This document shows positions 27,377 through 37,483 of a stretch of DNA of 55,799 bases, piece by piece. Source of the DNA: a virus. Taxonomy: Duplodnaviria > Caudoviricetes. Location: positions 1 through 55,799 of the IMG/VR virus record IMGVR_UViG_3300033145_001400; one strand, written 5' to 3'. A program made the translations under genes and the position numbers. The notes below the pieces were generated by a model. That model was not told the origin of the DNA. It searched no databases and saw only the letters and a program-made list of their open reading frames with translations. Each line of letters begins with the position of its first letter. Within the stretch, counting starts at the first letter, position 1.

Positions 27377-27688
27377 TTGATAAAAATGATAAAACCAGGA
27401 CACATACGAATAACAGACAAAGTTTACTTTGAGTATTATAAATTAGAGGAGCCAGATGGTTATGTGGCAGATGGCTATACCTTGCCTAACTATAAATGGG
27501 AAGAACAAATGAAAGCCTATGAAGCCTCAAAACAACTAATTGAAGTGAGTAATGAAACTTATCCAGTTATGGTTACAAATAATGCTTATTGGATACTATT
27601 ACACAAATCATGGATAATAATAATTAATGGAAAATCTTGCAAAGCGGAAGTAAATGGTAAGACAGTTATTATAATGGAACTAATATGA
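27377..27688 (+). CDS. Hypothetical protein
   Basis: ORF in the co-oriented small-gene array. Confidence 0.45.
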   Translation: MIKMIKPGHIRITDKVYFEYYKLEEPDGYVADGYTLPNYKWEEQMKAYEASKQLIEVSNETYPVMVTNNAYWILLHKSWIIIINGKSCKAEVNGKTVIIMELI

Positions 27689-28311
27689 AATACAATAATG
27701 AAATAGAAATGTGTAAAGATGTTACCGAATTAATTTCTGGTATATTAATTCCGAGAAAGCACAAACATATTCCAGAAGTACCAAGGACATCTCATAACAA
27801 CCATGCCGATATGTTATTTCTTTTTGAAACCGGGAATATGTTTGTTGTCGAATATAAACTTAATAACCCGAAGGGATTGTTAGCTCAAATAATGAACAGT
27901 AATTTTGCAATAGGAATTGTAAATCAAAAAGTAAAAAAAGAATTCTATGAAACCGGAAACTTATGGCAACACCATTTAATTTACTCATATACAGGAGAAG
28001 ATTGGGAAATTGAAAAAATTAGTGAACGTATTAATGGAAAATATGAATTTGGGAGTAATCATAATAAAAAAATAGGAGGTATTGAATCTGTGTATTATTG
28101 GGGTTATAAAAAAATCCATAGTTCCTTAAATGGAGGGATTAAAACCGGAAAGCGATTATCGTTTTATGAATTATATCGTCAGGCAATAATCAATTTACAA
28201 GAGGAATATAATTGGCAACTTGACTTTTATTTAATTTATAAAGTATTAGGATTCTATGAAGTAGGTACAGCAAAGTGTCATTATAAAGAGGTAATTAGAC
28301 AGCAAAAATAA
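27685..28311 (+). CDS. Hypothetical protein, possible PD-(D/E)xK nuclease fold
   Basis: E...ADML...VVEYK motif. Confidence 0.4.
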   Translation: MKYNNEIEMCKDVTELISGILIPRKHKHIPEVPRTSHNNHADMLFLFETGNMFVVEYKLNNPKGLLAQIMNSNFAIGIVNQKVKKEFYETGNLWQHHLIYSYTGEDWEIEKISERINGKYEFGSNHNKKIGGIESVYYWGYKKIHSSLNGGIKTGKRLSFYELYRQAIINLQEEYNWQLDFYLIYKVLGFYEVGTAKCHYKEVIRQQK

Positions 28312-28343
28312 TTGAATTACTAAACTAATTAAAAACTAAAATC

Positions 28344-28634
28344 ATGAAAATATTTAAACAAAGAAAAGCAATAACAGACAAAATTGTTGAAATTTTAAAG
28401 CAGCACTCAGACGATGAATTTGATGTTATTAAAAAAAGAGTATTAAATAATGCAGTAGAAACTATCAAAAGAGTTGAAAGAGAAGCAGAATTCGAGGAAG
28501 TAGCAAGAGTAATGATAAAATATCTGCACAAAAAACATAATCCACATGTAACAGTAATAATAACCCCGGATCATGCAGAATTGCTTGAAGGTTTAAAATC
28601 AACAGGTAAAATATTAGATTATATAAAAGATTAA
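28344..28634 (+). CDS. Hypothetical protein
   Basis: 96 aa; HNPHVTVIIT..AELLEG phage motif. Confidence 0.55.
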   Translation: MKIFKQRKAITDKIVEILKQHSDDEFDVIKKRVLNNAVETIKRVEREAEFEEVARVMIKYLHKKHNPHVTVIITPDHAELLEGLKSTGKILDYIKD

Positions 28635-28749
28635 TAAATAATAATTAAATATGGAAACTTTAATTTTTAAAATTCCTTTAATGTCTTGTTTTAGTAAAAC
28701 ACTTGAAATTATAGAAGAAAATGCAAAAAATAATCAAACTAATTAAACA

Positions 28750-29022
28750 ATGAAAGCAAAGGATTTATTATCAATATTAATCTCTATTGAAGATGAATTA
28801 GTAGTTGAATATGAAAAGTTTTGCATGGGTGATATAACCCAAAAAACTTATGAAAAAAGAAGTGAAAAAATAATGCAGAAACAAGTCAACTTAATTAATG
28901 AATTTGAAAAAGATGTATTAACTGATTTTTTAGACTTTTTATTGAAAAACGGTTATTGTGATACAGATGTATATTCTGAACCCCCGACAGCTATTGACCA
29001 GTATTTAATATTTGACAAATAA
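28750..29022 (+). CDS. Hypothetical protein
   Basis: 90 aa ORF with an A-rich leader. Confidence 0.5.
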   Translation: MKAKDLLSILISIEDELVVEYEKFCMGDITQKTYEKRSEKIMQKQVNLINEFEKDVLTDFLDFLLKNGYCDTDVYSEPPTAIDQYLIFDK

Positions 29023-29171
29023 TGAAAATAAACGAATTATATCAAACATTAAAAAAGCTAACTATTCATGTAAGAAAAACAAAAGGTGAAAAGGCGGCTC
29101 TATTGTTTTATGTTAATTACATTCAGCCGATTAAAAAGTATTTTAAAGTAATAGACCAGCTAAAATAATTG

Positions 29172-29767
29172 AATTAACTAAACAATAAAGAATAAAGATA
29201 TGGCTTGTTGGAATTGTAAATATTTTTCTTATGTTGATTATAGAGTAGATGAAGATGGACAAAAACAACCATATGGGTGTTGTACAAATGAAAAAAGTGA
29301 AGATTTTAATGAAAAAGTACCAGAAGAATACGAATGTGATGATTTTGATCCTAGAATAATAATTGAACTAATAAAATAAATAATGAAAAATTTTTTAGGA
29401 AAAACAGATTATATTTTAGCATGTTATATTGTATTGCTAATTGTAGCCGTAATTATTGCTATAAGTGAATTGTTTTAATTAATTAAATTAACTAAACAAT
29501 AAAATTATGAGTTGGAATTACAGAATATTAGCACATGAATATAATAAAGAAATTTATTTTGAAATACATGAAGTTTATTATAACAAAGATGGAAAACCAG
29601 ATGGTTATACAGCAGAGGCAATTAGTGTAGGTGGTGAAGATATGAGATCTATAACCTGGATTTTAAATAAAATGAAAGGATGTAGAGAAAAACCTATATT
29701 ATGGTCGGGAGACAAGTTTCCAAATGAATATAAATAATTAACTAAATAATAAAGAATAAAGATATGG
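29172..29767 (+). repeat. Dispersed intergenic direct repeat (32 bp, 31/32 identical, at 29172 and 29736)
   Basis: AATTAACTAAA(C/T)AATAAAGAATAAAGATATGG; partial copies near 28310, 29486, 30555 and 30812. Confidence 0.7.
29507..29737 (+). CDS. Conserved phage hypothetical protein
   Basis: MSWNYRI...IHEVYY..DG-P family pattern. Confidence 0.6.
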   Translation: MSWNYRILAHEYNKEIYFEIHEVYYNKDGKPDGYTAEAISVGGEDMRSITWILNKMKGCREKPILWSGDKFPNEYK

Positions 29768-29946
29768 AAACAATAAATGATTTGATTGGTGAATTACAAA
29801 ACTTAAAATCAAGTTTGCGTGAATTACCAGTTGTAATAATTGCACCAAATGGTTTAGAATTTAAGCCAAAAGTAAAAGTATTTTTACAAGATAAAGAAAC
29901 AATGTTTGATAAACCTAAAAAAATGATTATAACGTATGAACAATAA
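29764..29946 (+). CDS. Hypothetical protein
   Basis: 60 aa ORF beginning within a repeat copy. Confidence 0.5.
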   Translation: METINDLIGELQNLKSSLRELPVVIIAPNGLEFKPKVKVFLQDKETMFDKPKKMIITYEQ

Positions 29947-29957
29947 AAACTAAAACT

Positions 29958-30356
29958 ATGCCATCAAAAGAATTAATCGAAAAATGGGCATCTCCTGATT
30001 TTATTTTAATGTATGAAACTGATTTAAGAAAAAAAATAATGCTCGAAGATTTAGAACAATTCAAAGAAGATAAAATAGAAGAACTTGAATTAAGACTTAG
30101 AATGCAGAAAATGCACTGTAAAATGTTTCACAGGCAAAAATTTAAAATTTGGTTTGAAAGTTGTTGGTGGAGGTTAATCTCTTTCTTGAAACTAAATAAA
30201 AAAGTTGAAGAAGTAGATAAATTATTAGTTTCTATAAAAGTGAGAAAAATTTTGGATAAATATTTACCTGCTAATGGAGCAGATACTATAAGAGAAAAAT
30301 TAAGGATGAATTTGCACAGAGAAATAAGTACAATAATAATTAAATTAATAAAGTAA
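29958..30356 (+). CDS. Hypothetical protein
   Basis: 132 aa ORF. Confidence 0.5.
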   Translation: MPSKELIEKWASPDFILMYETDLRKKIMLEDLEQFKEDKIEELELRLRMQKMHCKMFHRQKFKIWFESCWWRLISFLKLNKKVEEVDKLLVSIKVRKILDKYLPANGADTIREKLRMNLHREISTIIIKLIK

Positions 30357-30360
30357 AGTT

Positions 30361-30555
30361 ATGAAAACAATAAAAAAAGAATTAACATTGATTTTAAAAG
30401 ATTTTGACAAAAACAAAAATGCTGACATGAAAAATTACATTAATAGCATTATGATCATTTTTGAAAAATATAAAAAATCTTCTCTTAAATTAGAAAAAGA
30501 AGAAAAATTTAAGAAAGCAATTGCTTTATTAGATAAGATATGTGAACAAAATTGA
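30361..30555 (+). CDS. Hypothetical protein
   Basis: 64 aa ORF. Confidence 0.45.
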   Translation: MKTIKKELTLILKDFDKNKNADMKNYINSIMIIFEKYKKSSLKLEKEEKFKKAIALLDKICEQN

Positions 30556-30586
30556 ATTAACCAAACAATAATGAAAGGAATTAATT

Positions 30587-30811
30587 ATGAAAATAGAGAA
30601 AGGAATACCAATACCAGAGAAATCATATATAAAATATCCATGGGGAAAAATGGAAGTTGGTGATAGTTTTTTCGTGGAATGTGAATATACTAAAAGGGAA
30701 CATCAATCAATAAGCGGTAGTCAAGCATCTTGGAAAAGGTATAACAAATCAAATTATAAATTTACAATAAGAAAAGTTGATGGGGGGATTAGAGCATGGA
30801 GATTAAGCTAA
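30587..30811 (+). CDS. Small conserved phage protein, putative DNA-binding
   Basis: KIEKGIPIP...KYPW..MEVGDSF...GIRAWR. Confidence 0.6.
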   Translation: MKIEKGIPIPEKSYIKYPWGKMEVGDSFFVECEYTKREHQSISGSQASWKRYNKSNYKFTIRKVDGGIRAWRLS

Positions 30812-30846
30812 ATAACTAAACAATGAAAGCGGAAGTATAATAAAAT

Positions 30847-32391
30847 ATGATTGAAAGACGTATTATAACAGGTATCATAGTTTCAACGGAATATATCCAA
30901 CAGATTCAAAACATTTGGGATACTCAATTATTAGAATCTTCCACGGCTCGTATGTTAGCTGGTTGGGTATTTGAGTATTATGCAAAATATAAAAAAGCCC
31001 CACAAAAAGAAATTGAAAACATATACTACCAAAAACTCCGGGAAAGTAAAATATCAAAAAGTATAGCAGAGGAGATTGAAACAGAAATCCTCCCTTCTCT
31101 ATCAGACGAATACGAAGAAAACGGAATCAATCTAAATTATCTAATTGATCAGACTCATACTTACCTCTGTGAAAAACATTTGGAAAAACACTCCCAAGAA
31201 ATACAATCCTTAGTAGAATCAGGAGAGTTAATAGAAGCGGAAAAGTTAGCTAGTGAATATAAAGCCTTGGCAAAAGAATCAGGGGTAGATTTGAACCTAG
31301 ATGGTGGAACGGTTTTATTGAGAATAGAAAAAGCATTTGCTCAAGCCTCCTCCCCAGTAGTAAGGTATCCACGACAATTAGGTGAATTTTGGAACTCCCA
31401 ATTTGTAAAAAGCAGGTTGGTGGCATTAATGGGAATTGAAAAGAGAGGTAAAACCTGGTGGTTAATGGATATTGCAATGAGAGCGGCAAGGCAAAGAGTG
31501 AAAGTAGCATTTTTTCAAGCAGGAGATATGACAGAGGATGAACAGTTAATAAGAATAAGTATTCATTTAACCAAGAAATCCAACCTAGATAAATATAATG
31601 GAAAAATGTTTCAGCCCGTTCGAGATTGTGTATATAACCAACTTGGTACTTGTGAAAAGGAAGTTAGAGAATGTGATTTTGGAGTATTTGAAGGAAGAAC
31701 GGAGAAAGAAGTACGACAAGAAATTACAATGGAAGAGTTAAAACAAGCATACAAAGAAAACCCGGATTATAAAGCTTGTACCAATTGTAGAGTTTATAAA
31801 TATAAACATGTTGGGGCGGCTTGGATTGAGGAGGTAAATGCTGGTAATCCACTGACGGTAGAGGAAGCTAAAGAGGCGGTTGATAAATTCTTTATTCAAT
31901 CTAAACGTCGTTTTAAATTATCCTCCCACGCAAATGATACTTTGTCTATTAAGGAAATTAATGCCTTGTTAGATATTTGGGAACGCCAGGAGGATTTCGT
32001 TCCTGGTTTGATTGTTATTGATTATGCTGATTTGTTGATTCCAGATAATGACCGTATTGAATTTAGGCATCAACAAAACAAGATTTGGAAAGGGTTAAGG
32101 AGACTTTCTCAGATTAAAGATTGCTTAGTACTAACAGCTACCCAAGCTGATGCCGAAGGATATTCTAAGAATCGGTTAGGAATGAAAAACTTTAGTGAGG
32201 ATAAACGAAAACTGGCTCATGCTTCTGCTATATTTGGATTAAACCAAGATACAAAGGACAGGGAAAAAGAAATTGGAGTGATGAGAATCAATGAAATTGT
32301 AATTAGAGAAGGGGCATTTTCTAATAAGAATGAGGTTTATGTGTTACAAAATCTTGCTAGGGGGCGACCTTATTTAGGAAGTTATTGGTAG
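30847..32391 (+). CDS. DnaB-like (SF4) replicative helicase
   Basis: GIEKRGKT, IVIDYADL, LTATQA, SEDKRK. Confidence 0.85.
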   Translation: MIERRIITGIIVSTEYIQQIQNIWDTQLLESSTARMLAGWVFEYYAKYKKAPQKEIENIYYQKLRESKISKSIAEEIETEILPSLSDEYEENGINLNYLIDQTHTYLCEKHLEKHSQEIQSLVESGELIEAEKLASEYKALAKESGVDLNLDGGTVLLRIEKAFAQASSPVVRYPRQLGEFWNSQFVKSRLVALMGIEKRGKTWWLMDIAMRAARQRVKVAFFQAGDMTEDEQLIRISIHLTKKSNLDKYNGKMFQPVRDCVYNQLGTCEKEVRECDFGVFEGRTEKEVRQEITMEELKQAYKENPDYKACTNCRVYKYKHVGAAWIEEVNAGNPLTVEEAKEAVDKFFIQSKRRFKLSSHANDTLSIKEINALLDIWERQEDFVPGLIVIDYADLLIPDNDRIEFRHQQNKIWKGLRRLSQIKDCLVLTATQADAEGYSKNRLGMKNFSEDKRKLAHASAIFGLNQDTKDREKEIGVMRINEIVIREGAFSNKNEVYVLQNLARGRPYLGSYW

Positions 32392-32414
32392 TTAAATAAA
32401 AAATTTGTATAATA
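32391..32414 (+). promoter_or_regulatory. Phage promoter motif copy 3
   Basis: 24-bp exact match to 23484-23507; precedes the que cluster. Confidence 0.6.
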
Positions 32415-32436
32415 GTATAAACTAAAAATAGAAATT

Positions 32437-32700
32437 ATGAACAGATTAATTTTCAAATCAGAAGAAAAAGAATCAGAGAAAAAACCGAAAGATATTATTA
32501 TCCGAGAAGAGGATATTGATATGGATTTTTTTGGTAATATTGCGCAAGATAGCCTTCGGAAAGGTACCTTTGAAAAAATAGCTATCAGATCAGGTAAGGA
32601 ATTTACCGGAAAAGCTATATACTTAAATAATCGTTTTGATTATATTCTTGGAATGGATAGTGAAGGAATAACAATTCTTGTACCACTTAAAAAGAAATAA
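32437..32700 (+). CDS. Hypothetical protein
   Basis: 87 aa ORF. Confidence 0.5.
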   Translation: MNRLIFKSEEKESEKKPKDIIIREEDIDMDFFGNIAQDSLRKGTFEKIAIRSGKEFTGKAIYLNNRFDYILGMDSEGITILVPLKKK

Positions 32701-32701
32701 A

Positions 32702-33073
32702 ATGTATAAAATCACAAAGGAATTTTCATTTTGTGCTAGTCACAAATTAAAGGATTTACCAGAAGGCCATCCTTGTACTCGTTTGCACGGTCATAACTAC
32801 ACTGTAATAGTTGAGTTACAATCCATACAACTTGACAAACAAGGTATGGTATTGGATTATCATAAACTTGGCCTTATTAAGGAACATATTGATAATCATT
32901 TGGATCATCGTCATTTGAACGATATAGTCGATTTTTCTCCTACGGCAGAGAACTTGGCTAAATATATATTTGATTTGTTCAGTAAAACGTACCCACAACT
33001 ATCAGCAGTAACAATAAAAGAGACGCCAAAAACATCAGCAAGATATTCTCCGTTATTTGATACAAAAAAATAG
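32702..33073 (+). CDS. queD: 6-carboxy-5,6,7,8-tetrahydropterin synthase
   Basis: FCASH...CTRLHGHNY, DHRHLN, PTAENLA, ETPKT. Start reassigned to ATG 32702. Confidence 0.93.
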   Translation: MYKITKEFSFCASHKLKDLPEGHPCTRLHGHNYTVIVELQSIQLDKQGMVLDYHKLGLIKEHIDNHLDHRHLNDIVDFSPTAENLAKYIFDLFSKTYPQLSAVTIKETPKTSARYSPLFDTKK

Positions 33074-33075
33074 AA

Positions 33076-33852
33076 ATGGTAAAACAATTAATCAAAGCAG
33101 ATCCACTAATACCAAAAGACTTCGTCGAAGATGATGGATTAGGATTATTTATATCTGAATTCTTTTATGATTCAATGCAAGGTGAAGGAATCACGGCTGG
33201 GTATCCTGCTGCCTTCTTACGTTTTCAAGGCTGTACACTTTCTTGCCGGTATTGTGACACGGCAAAAATAAGGGATAAAGGCAATTTGTATTCCTATACT
33301 GAATTGTTTAATATGATAGGAACATTCAATAATTCCTCTTGTCTAAATCGACTTAGAGATAGACAACATTTGGTGATTACAGGAGGTAGTCCATTAAAAC
33401 AACAACGTAGATTGATTGGATTCCTGCAAATATTTATTCAACAATTTGGATTCAAACCATTTATTGAAATTGAAAACGAATGTACCATATTCCCAGAAGT
33501 TGAGTTAATGCAGCTGGTAGATGTTTGGAATAATAGCCCAAAACTAGAGAATTCAGGTAATCCATATCTTTTACGGTATAAACCAGGAGTACTAAAAATG
33601 TTGTCTTGTTTGAATAATTCTTGGTTTAAGTTTGTTATCTGTGATGCTAAGAAGGATTGGAAGGAAATTAAAACTGATTTTCTCACACCAAAACATATAT
33701 TGAAAAAACAGATTATACTGATGCCTCAAGGTAGTACCAGAAAAGAAATATTGAAAAATGCTCCCGCTGTAATTGAGTTAGCAGTAAAGGAGAATGTAAG
33801 ATTTTCCTTGAGGGATCATATTATTTTGTGGAATGGGAAGGTAGGAATATAA
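33076..33852 (+). CDS. queE: 7-carboxy-7-deazaguanine synthase (radical SAM)
   Basis: SMQGEG, FLRFQGCTLSCRYCDT (CxxxCxxC), ITGG, SPKL, KFV, LMPQG. Confidence 0.9.
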   Translation: MVKQLIKADPLIPKDFVEDDGLGLFISEFFYDSMQGEGITAGYPAAFLRFQGCTLSCRYCDTAKIRDKGNLYSYTELFNMIGTFNNSSCLNRLRDRQHLVITGGSPLKQQRRLIGFLQIFIQQFGFKPFIEIENECTIFPEVELMQLVDVWNNSPKLENSGNPYLLRYKPGVLKMLSCLNNSWFKFVICDAKKDWKEIKTDFLTPKHILKKQIILMPQGSTRKEILKNAPAVIELAVKENVRFSLRDHIILWNGKVGI

Positions 33853-33867
33853 GAATTAAATTATTTT

Positions 33868-33878
33868 TTTGTATAATA
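33868..33878 (+). promoter_or_regulatory. Phage promoter motif copy 4
   Basis: Intergenic TTTGTATAATA. Confidence 0.55.
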
Positions 33879-33909
33879 TAGTATTAAGTTTAATCAAAAC
33901 AAGTTAAAA

Positions 33910-34740
33910 ATGAAAAAAGAAGAATTAGTAAAAGCAGCAAAGGAGTTGGATAAATTACTGTTTGAGAATCCTCAAATTGATTTTACCCAAGGTCCTGAAA
34001 AATTAGAAGATTCCCTGATGGAAGCCTCTAAAGAACTCGAATTGGATGATGAACTATCAAAGGAAACTATTGAAGCACTTAGTGAATTATGGGAAGGTAA
34101 GGATGGAAAATTAACTGTCAAAGTTTCTGAAATATTTCGTGAACTTAATATTCTACTTCCTGTAGATGAAAAACAAGATGAACCAGAAGACGCTCAGGAA
34201 GTCCAGGAAGGAAATGATTTAATAAATGAGGTAGAAGATGCTGAAAGGTTAAAGGACTTGAAAGATATTGCTAAAAGTAATGATGAGTTTAAAGAGATTC
34301 GTGGAAAGTTGAGTGGTTATAAAGATGCAGATGATTTACGAGGAGCTATGTTGGAAATATTGGATGAGACACCTGAGGAAACAAAACCTGAAAAAGCTTC
34401 AAAAGAGAAAGCTGCTGAACCAGAATATGTTCAGAAAATGAATAAGAAAAAGGAAGAATCGAAAGTAAAAATGGAAGTAGTTAAAGGAGGGAAGAAGGAA
34501 GAGAAATCCAATGCAAAAAAAACAGAATTTGGACATAAAGTTGGAAGTCAAGCTGCAATTATTGATGCCGTATTTCTCAAGTATGTAGGCAAAAATGTTG
34601 CACTAGCGACCATTGTAGAGCAGACAAATTTAAGTGAATCACGAATTAAATCTCACGTGTATCATTTAATTAAGAAAAGAAAACTTTCTATTGATATAGA
34701 ATCTTCTAATAAAGGTACAGTATATAAATTTACCAAATGA
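33910..34740 (+). CDS. Acidic protein with C-terminal wHTH-like domain
   Basis: Glu/Lys-rich; C-terminal [22 protein letters not shown]. Confidence 0.5.
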   Translation: MKKEELVKAAKELDKLLFENPQIDFTQGPEKLEDSLMEASKELELDDELSKETIEALSELWEGKDGKLTVKVSEIFRELNILLPVDEKQDEPEDAQEVQEGNDLINEVEDAERLKDLKDIAKSNDEFKEIRGKLSGYKDADDLRGAMLEILDETPEETKPEKASKEKAAEPEYVQKMNKKKEESKVKMEVVKGGKKEEKSNAKKTEFGHKVGSQAAIIDAVFLKYVGKNVALATIVEQTNLSESRIKSHVYHLIKKRKLSIDIESSNKGTVYKFTK

Positions 34741-35282
34741 ACACAAAACAGATTGAACAAATTTTAGGTATGATTGACGATGATCCATCTCGTGAAGGAT
34801 TAATTGACACACCTAAAAGAGTTATTAAGTCATGGACTGAAATCTATTCTGGCTATGGTAAAAATCCTGAAGATATCTTAACGACATTCTCCGCAGATGG
34901 ATATGATGAGATTATACTTTTGAAAGATATTGAAATGTATAGTATGTGTGAACATCATATGCTTCCATTCTATGGAAAAGCACACGTTGCATATCTACCA
35001 GATCCAAAAGGAAAGATTGTTGGTATTAGTAAACTAGCAAGATTGGTAGAAATATATGCACGACGTCTACAGATTCAAGAGCGAATTGGTAAACAAGTTA
35101 CTGAAGATATAATGAGGTTAGTCCATGCTCAGGGAGCCGCTTGTATTATTGAAGCTACTCATATGTGTATGAGAATGCGAGGCATAGCAAAACAGAATTC
35201 TATAATGATTACATCATCCCTAAGGGGTGTATTTAGAAAAAAGCCTGCATTGAAACAAGAAGTGCTGCAGTTATTATCATGA
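34737..35282 (+). CDS. folE: GTP cyclohydrolase I
   Basis: [44 protein letters not shown]. Confidence 0.95.
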   Translation: MNTKQIEQILGMIDDDPSREGLIDTPKRVIKSWTEIYSGYGKNPEDILTTFSADGYDEIILLKDIEMYSMCEHHMLPFYGKAHVAYLPDPKGKIVGISKLARLVEIYARRLQIQERIGKQVTEDIMRLVHAQGAACIIEATHMCMRMRGIAKQNSIMITSSLRGVFRKKPALKQEVLQLLS

Positions 35283-36289
35283 AAATTATAAACATTCCGA
35301 TAGAACCTATTGAATTGCGATATACTATCCAGTGGAATACATGGTTCAAGGAAGCATTTGAAGAAGAATTCGTTGATGTTATTACATTGGATGATATACC
35401 ATCTAGTGGCACAATACAACATGGTTCATTTCTTGATGTTATTGATACCAATCGGTATAAAAGTTTTCAATTGTTAGAAATCATTAGAATTTTGGAAAGT
35501 TATGATGATATTGAACCACTTATATTATTTTTTCATGATATTTGGTTTCCTGGCTTAACCAATATTGCTTATATCCGTGACGGAATGGAATTACATAATC
35601 TTAGAATCTGCGGTTGTTTACACTCAGGTGGGTATGATCCACATGATTTCATAAGGAATAAAGGAATGACTCCTTGGTCTAATCATGTTGAACGTGGCTG
35701 GTTTAAAGGAATTGTGGATTCTATATATGTAGCTACACAATATCATAAAAGTGTGGTTGATTCTTATTTTAATCTTTCACCACAAGTTGTGGAAATAACT
35801 GGCTTTCCAATCTTTCCACCTGTTGGTATTGAAAACATTAAAAAGGAGAATACATTGGTATTTCCACACCGATTGGTTTCTGAAAAACATCCTGAAATAT
35901 TTGATAAACTACAAAAATTATTTAATAAGAAAAACCGTAGATGGAACTGGGTAAAAACCATGGAATGGAAATTCTCCAAACAGGAGTATTATGACGTCTT
36001 GTTACATTCTAAAATCGCTATATCTACAGCAGACCATGAGAACTGGGGAATCGGGATGCAAGAGGCTGTCTTTTGTGATGTGATACCTATAGTCCCAAAT
36101 CGTTTATCATATAAAGAATTATACTTTGGTGAGTTTAAATATAATTCATATGAAGAATTGATTCAATTAGTTGAGCAGTACATGAAAAATAAACCGATTG
36201 ATTTGTTAGAACAACAAAAGAAAATCTTACTTGAAAAGGGCAAGATGGCAATACCAAATATAATAAAGAATATCTACAATTTAATATAA
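35279..36289 (+). CDS. GT4-like glycosyltransferase (GTDC1/DUF3524-like)
   Basis: [11 protein letters not shown] and [29 protein letters not shown] (ExxGxxxxEA). Confidence 0.75.
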   Translation: MKIINIPIEPIELRYTIQWNTWFKEAFEEEFVDVITLDDIPSSGTIQHGSFLDVIDTNRYKSFQLLEIIRILESYDDIEPLILFFHDIWFPGLTNIAYIRDGMELHNLRICGCLHSGGYDPHDFIRNKGMTPWSNHVERGWFKGIVDSIYVATQYHKSVVDSYFNLSPQVVEITGFPIFPPVGIENIKKENTLVFPHRLVSEKHPEIFDKLQKLFNKKNRRWNWVKTMEWKFSKQEYYDVLLHSKIAISTADHENWGIGMQEAVFCDVIPIVPNRLSYKELYFGEFKYNSYEELIQLVEQYMKNKPIDLLEQQKKILLEKGKMAIPNIIKNIYNLI

Positions 36290-36294
36290 GATAT

Positions 36295-36621
36295 ATGAAA
36301 AAGAATGTAATAATTAAAACATCGTTTAGTGCAATACATCAATGGCCTGATTGCCCTATTGAAGATGTTAGTTATCTAAAGTTTCCACATCGGCATACTT
36401 TCCATGTTGTACTTAAATGTATGGTAGAGCATAATGATCGGGATATTGAAATAATTAGTCTGAAAAATCAAGTTAATGCTTATTTGGCTAAATATGAACA
36501 TAAAAACGTAGGCCGAAAATCTTGTGAAGATTTTGCTGAGGAATTATTTCTTGAATTTAAAACTGCAGTTTATGTATCTATATTAGAAGATAATGAAAAT
36601 GGAGCAGAAATCTATGCATAG
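36295..36621 (+). CDS. dpdL: QueD-paralogous T-fold protein (DpdL-like putative CDG decarboxylase)
   Basis: LKFPHRHTF (LxxxHRHxF), DRDIE, SCE, EDNENGA; lies within the deazaguanine cluster. Confidence 0.65.
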   Translation: MKKNVIIKTSFSAIHQWPDCPIEDVSYLKFPHRHTFHVVLKCMVEHNDRDIEIISLKNQVNAYLAKYEHKNVGRKSCEDFAEELFLEFKTAVYVSILEDNENGAEIYA

Positions 36622-37483
36622 TAAGATTTTCATTGACTCTGGTGCTCATGGTTTATTCAACGAATTTGTCCGTGATATACAAAAGAGCAATCGATATGAT
36701 TACTATGAAACGAAGGAATTCTGGAAATATGTTGATGAGTACGCTCAATTTATTAAACAAAACAAAGATGTAATTGATGTATATGCTAATGTCGATGCAA
36801 TAACTAACCCTAAAGTGACGTGGAAAGTTCAAGAATATTTGGAAAAAGAACATCAATTAAAACCACTTCCAGTTACACATTTTGGAACTGATCTTAAATG
36901 GTTGAAACGTTCTCTTAAAAAAGATTATGATTATATTGCATTGGGTGGTATTGGGCAAAATGCAGGTAGAACAGCATATATAAAATGGGCAGATGAGGCA
37001 TTTAATATCATTTGTGATCTATCCTCTGGTTTACCTACAGTGAAAGTGCACGGGTTTGCAATGACATCTCATAAATTAATGATGCGTTATCCTTGGTATT
37101 CTGTTGATTCAAAAAGTTGGATTTCATTTGGTTCTTATGGACAAATTATAATGCCGAACAAAAAAGATGGGAAGTGGAATTATCAAAAATCTTATCATAT
37201 TGTACGATTATCTGTAAAGAATTCAGAGGCATTTAATAAAACAAGTATGGTAAATATAAATAATAATACAAAAAAATTATTTTTACAATATATTGAAGAA
37301 AAAGGGTTTGTTCTAGGGAAATCAAAAATGATAGACGGTAAAGAAATCATAATAGAAAAAGGTTTGTGTAATGATGATAAACAACGATGTGATCTAAACG
37401 CATTGTATTTTTTAGATTTAACGAATCATTTACCAACTTGGCCTTGGTCTTTTAGAAAACCAACAAAAGAATTAGGATTATGA
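36614..37483 (+). CDS. dpdA: DpdA-like DNA guanine transglycosylase (TGT fold)
   Basis: IDSGA, ANVD, PVTH, YIALGG, VHGFA, SVDSKSW. Start reassigned to ATG 36614. Confidence 0.8.
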   Translation: MHSKIFIDSGAHGLFNEFVRDIQKSNRYDYYETKEFWKYVDEYAQFIKQNKDVIDVYANVDAITNPKVTWKVQEYLEKEHQLKPLPVTHFGTDLKWLKRSLKKDYDYIALGGIGQNAGRTAYIKWADEAFNIICDLSSGLPTVKVHGFAMTSHKLMMRYPWYSVDSKSWISFGSYGQIIMPNKKDGKWNYQKSYHIVRLSVKNSEAFNKTSMVNINNNTKKLFLQYIEEKGFVLGKSKMIDGKEIIIEKGLCNDDKQRCDLNALYFLDLTNHLPTWPWSFRKPTKELGL

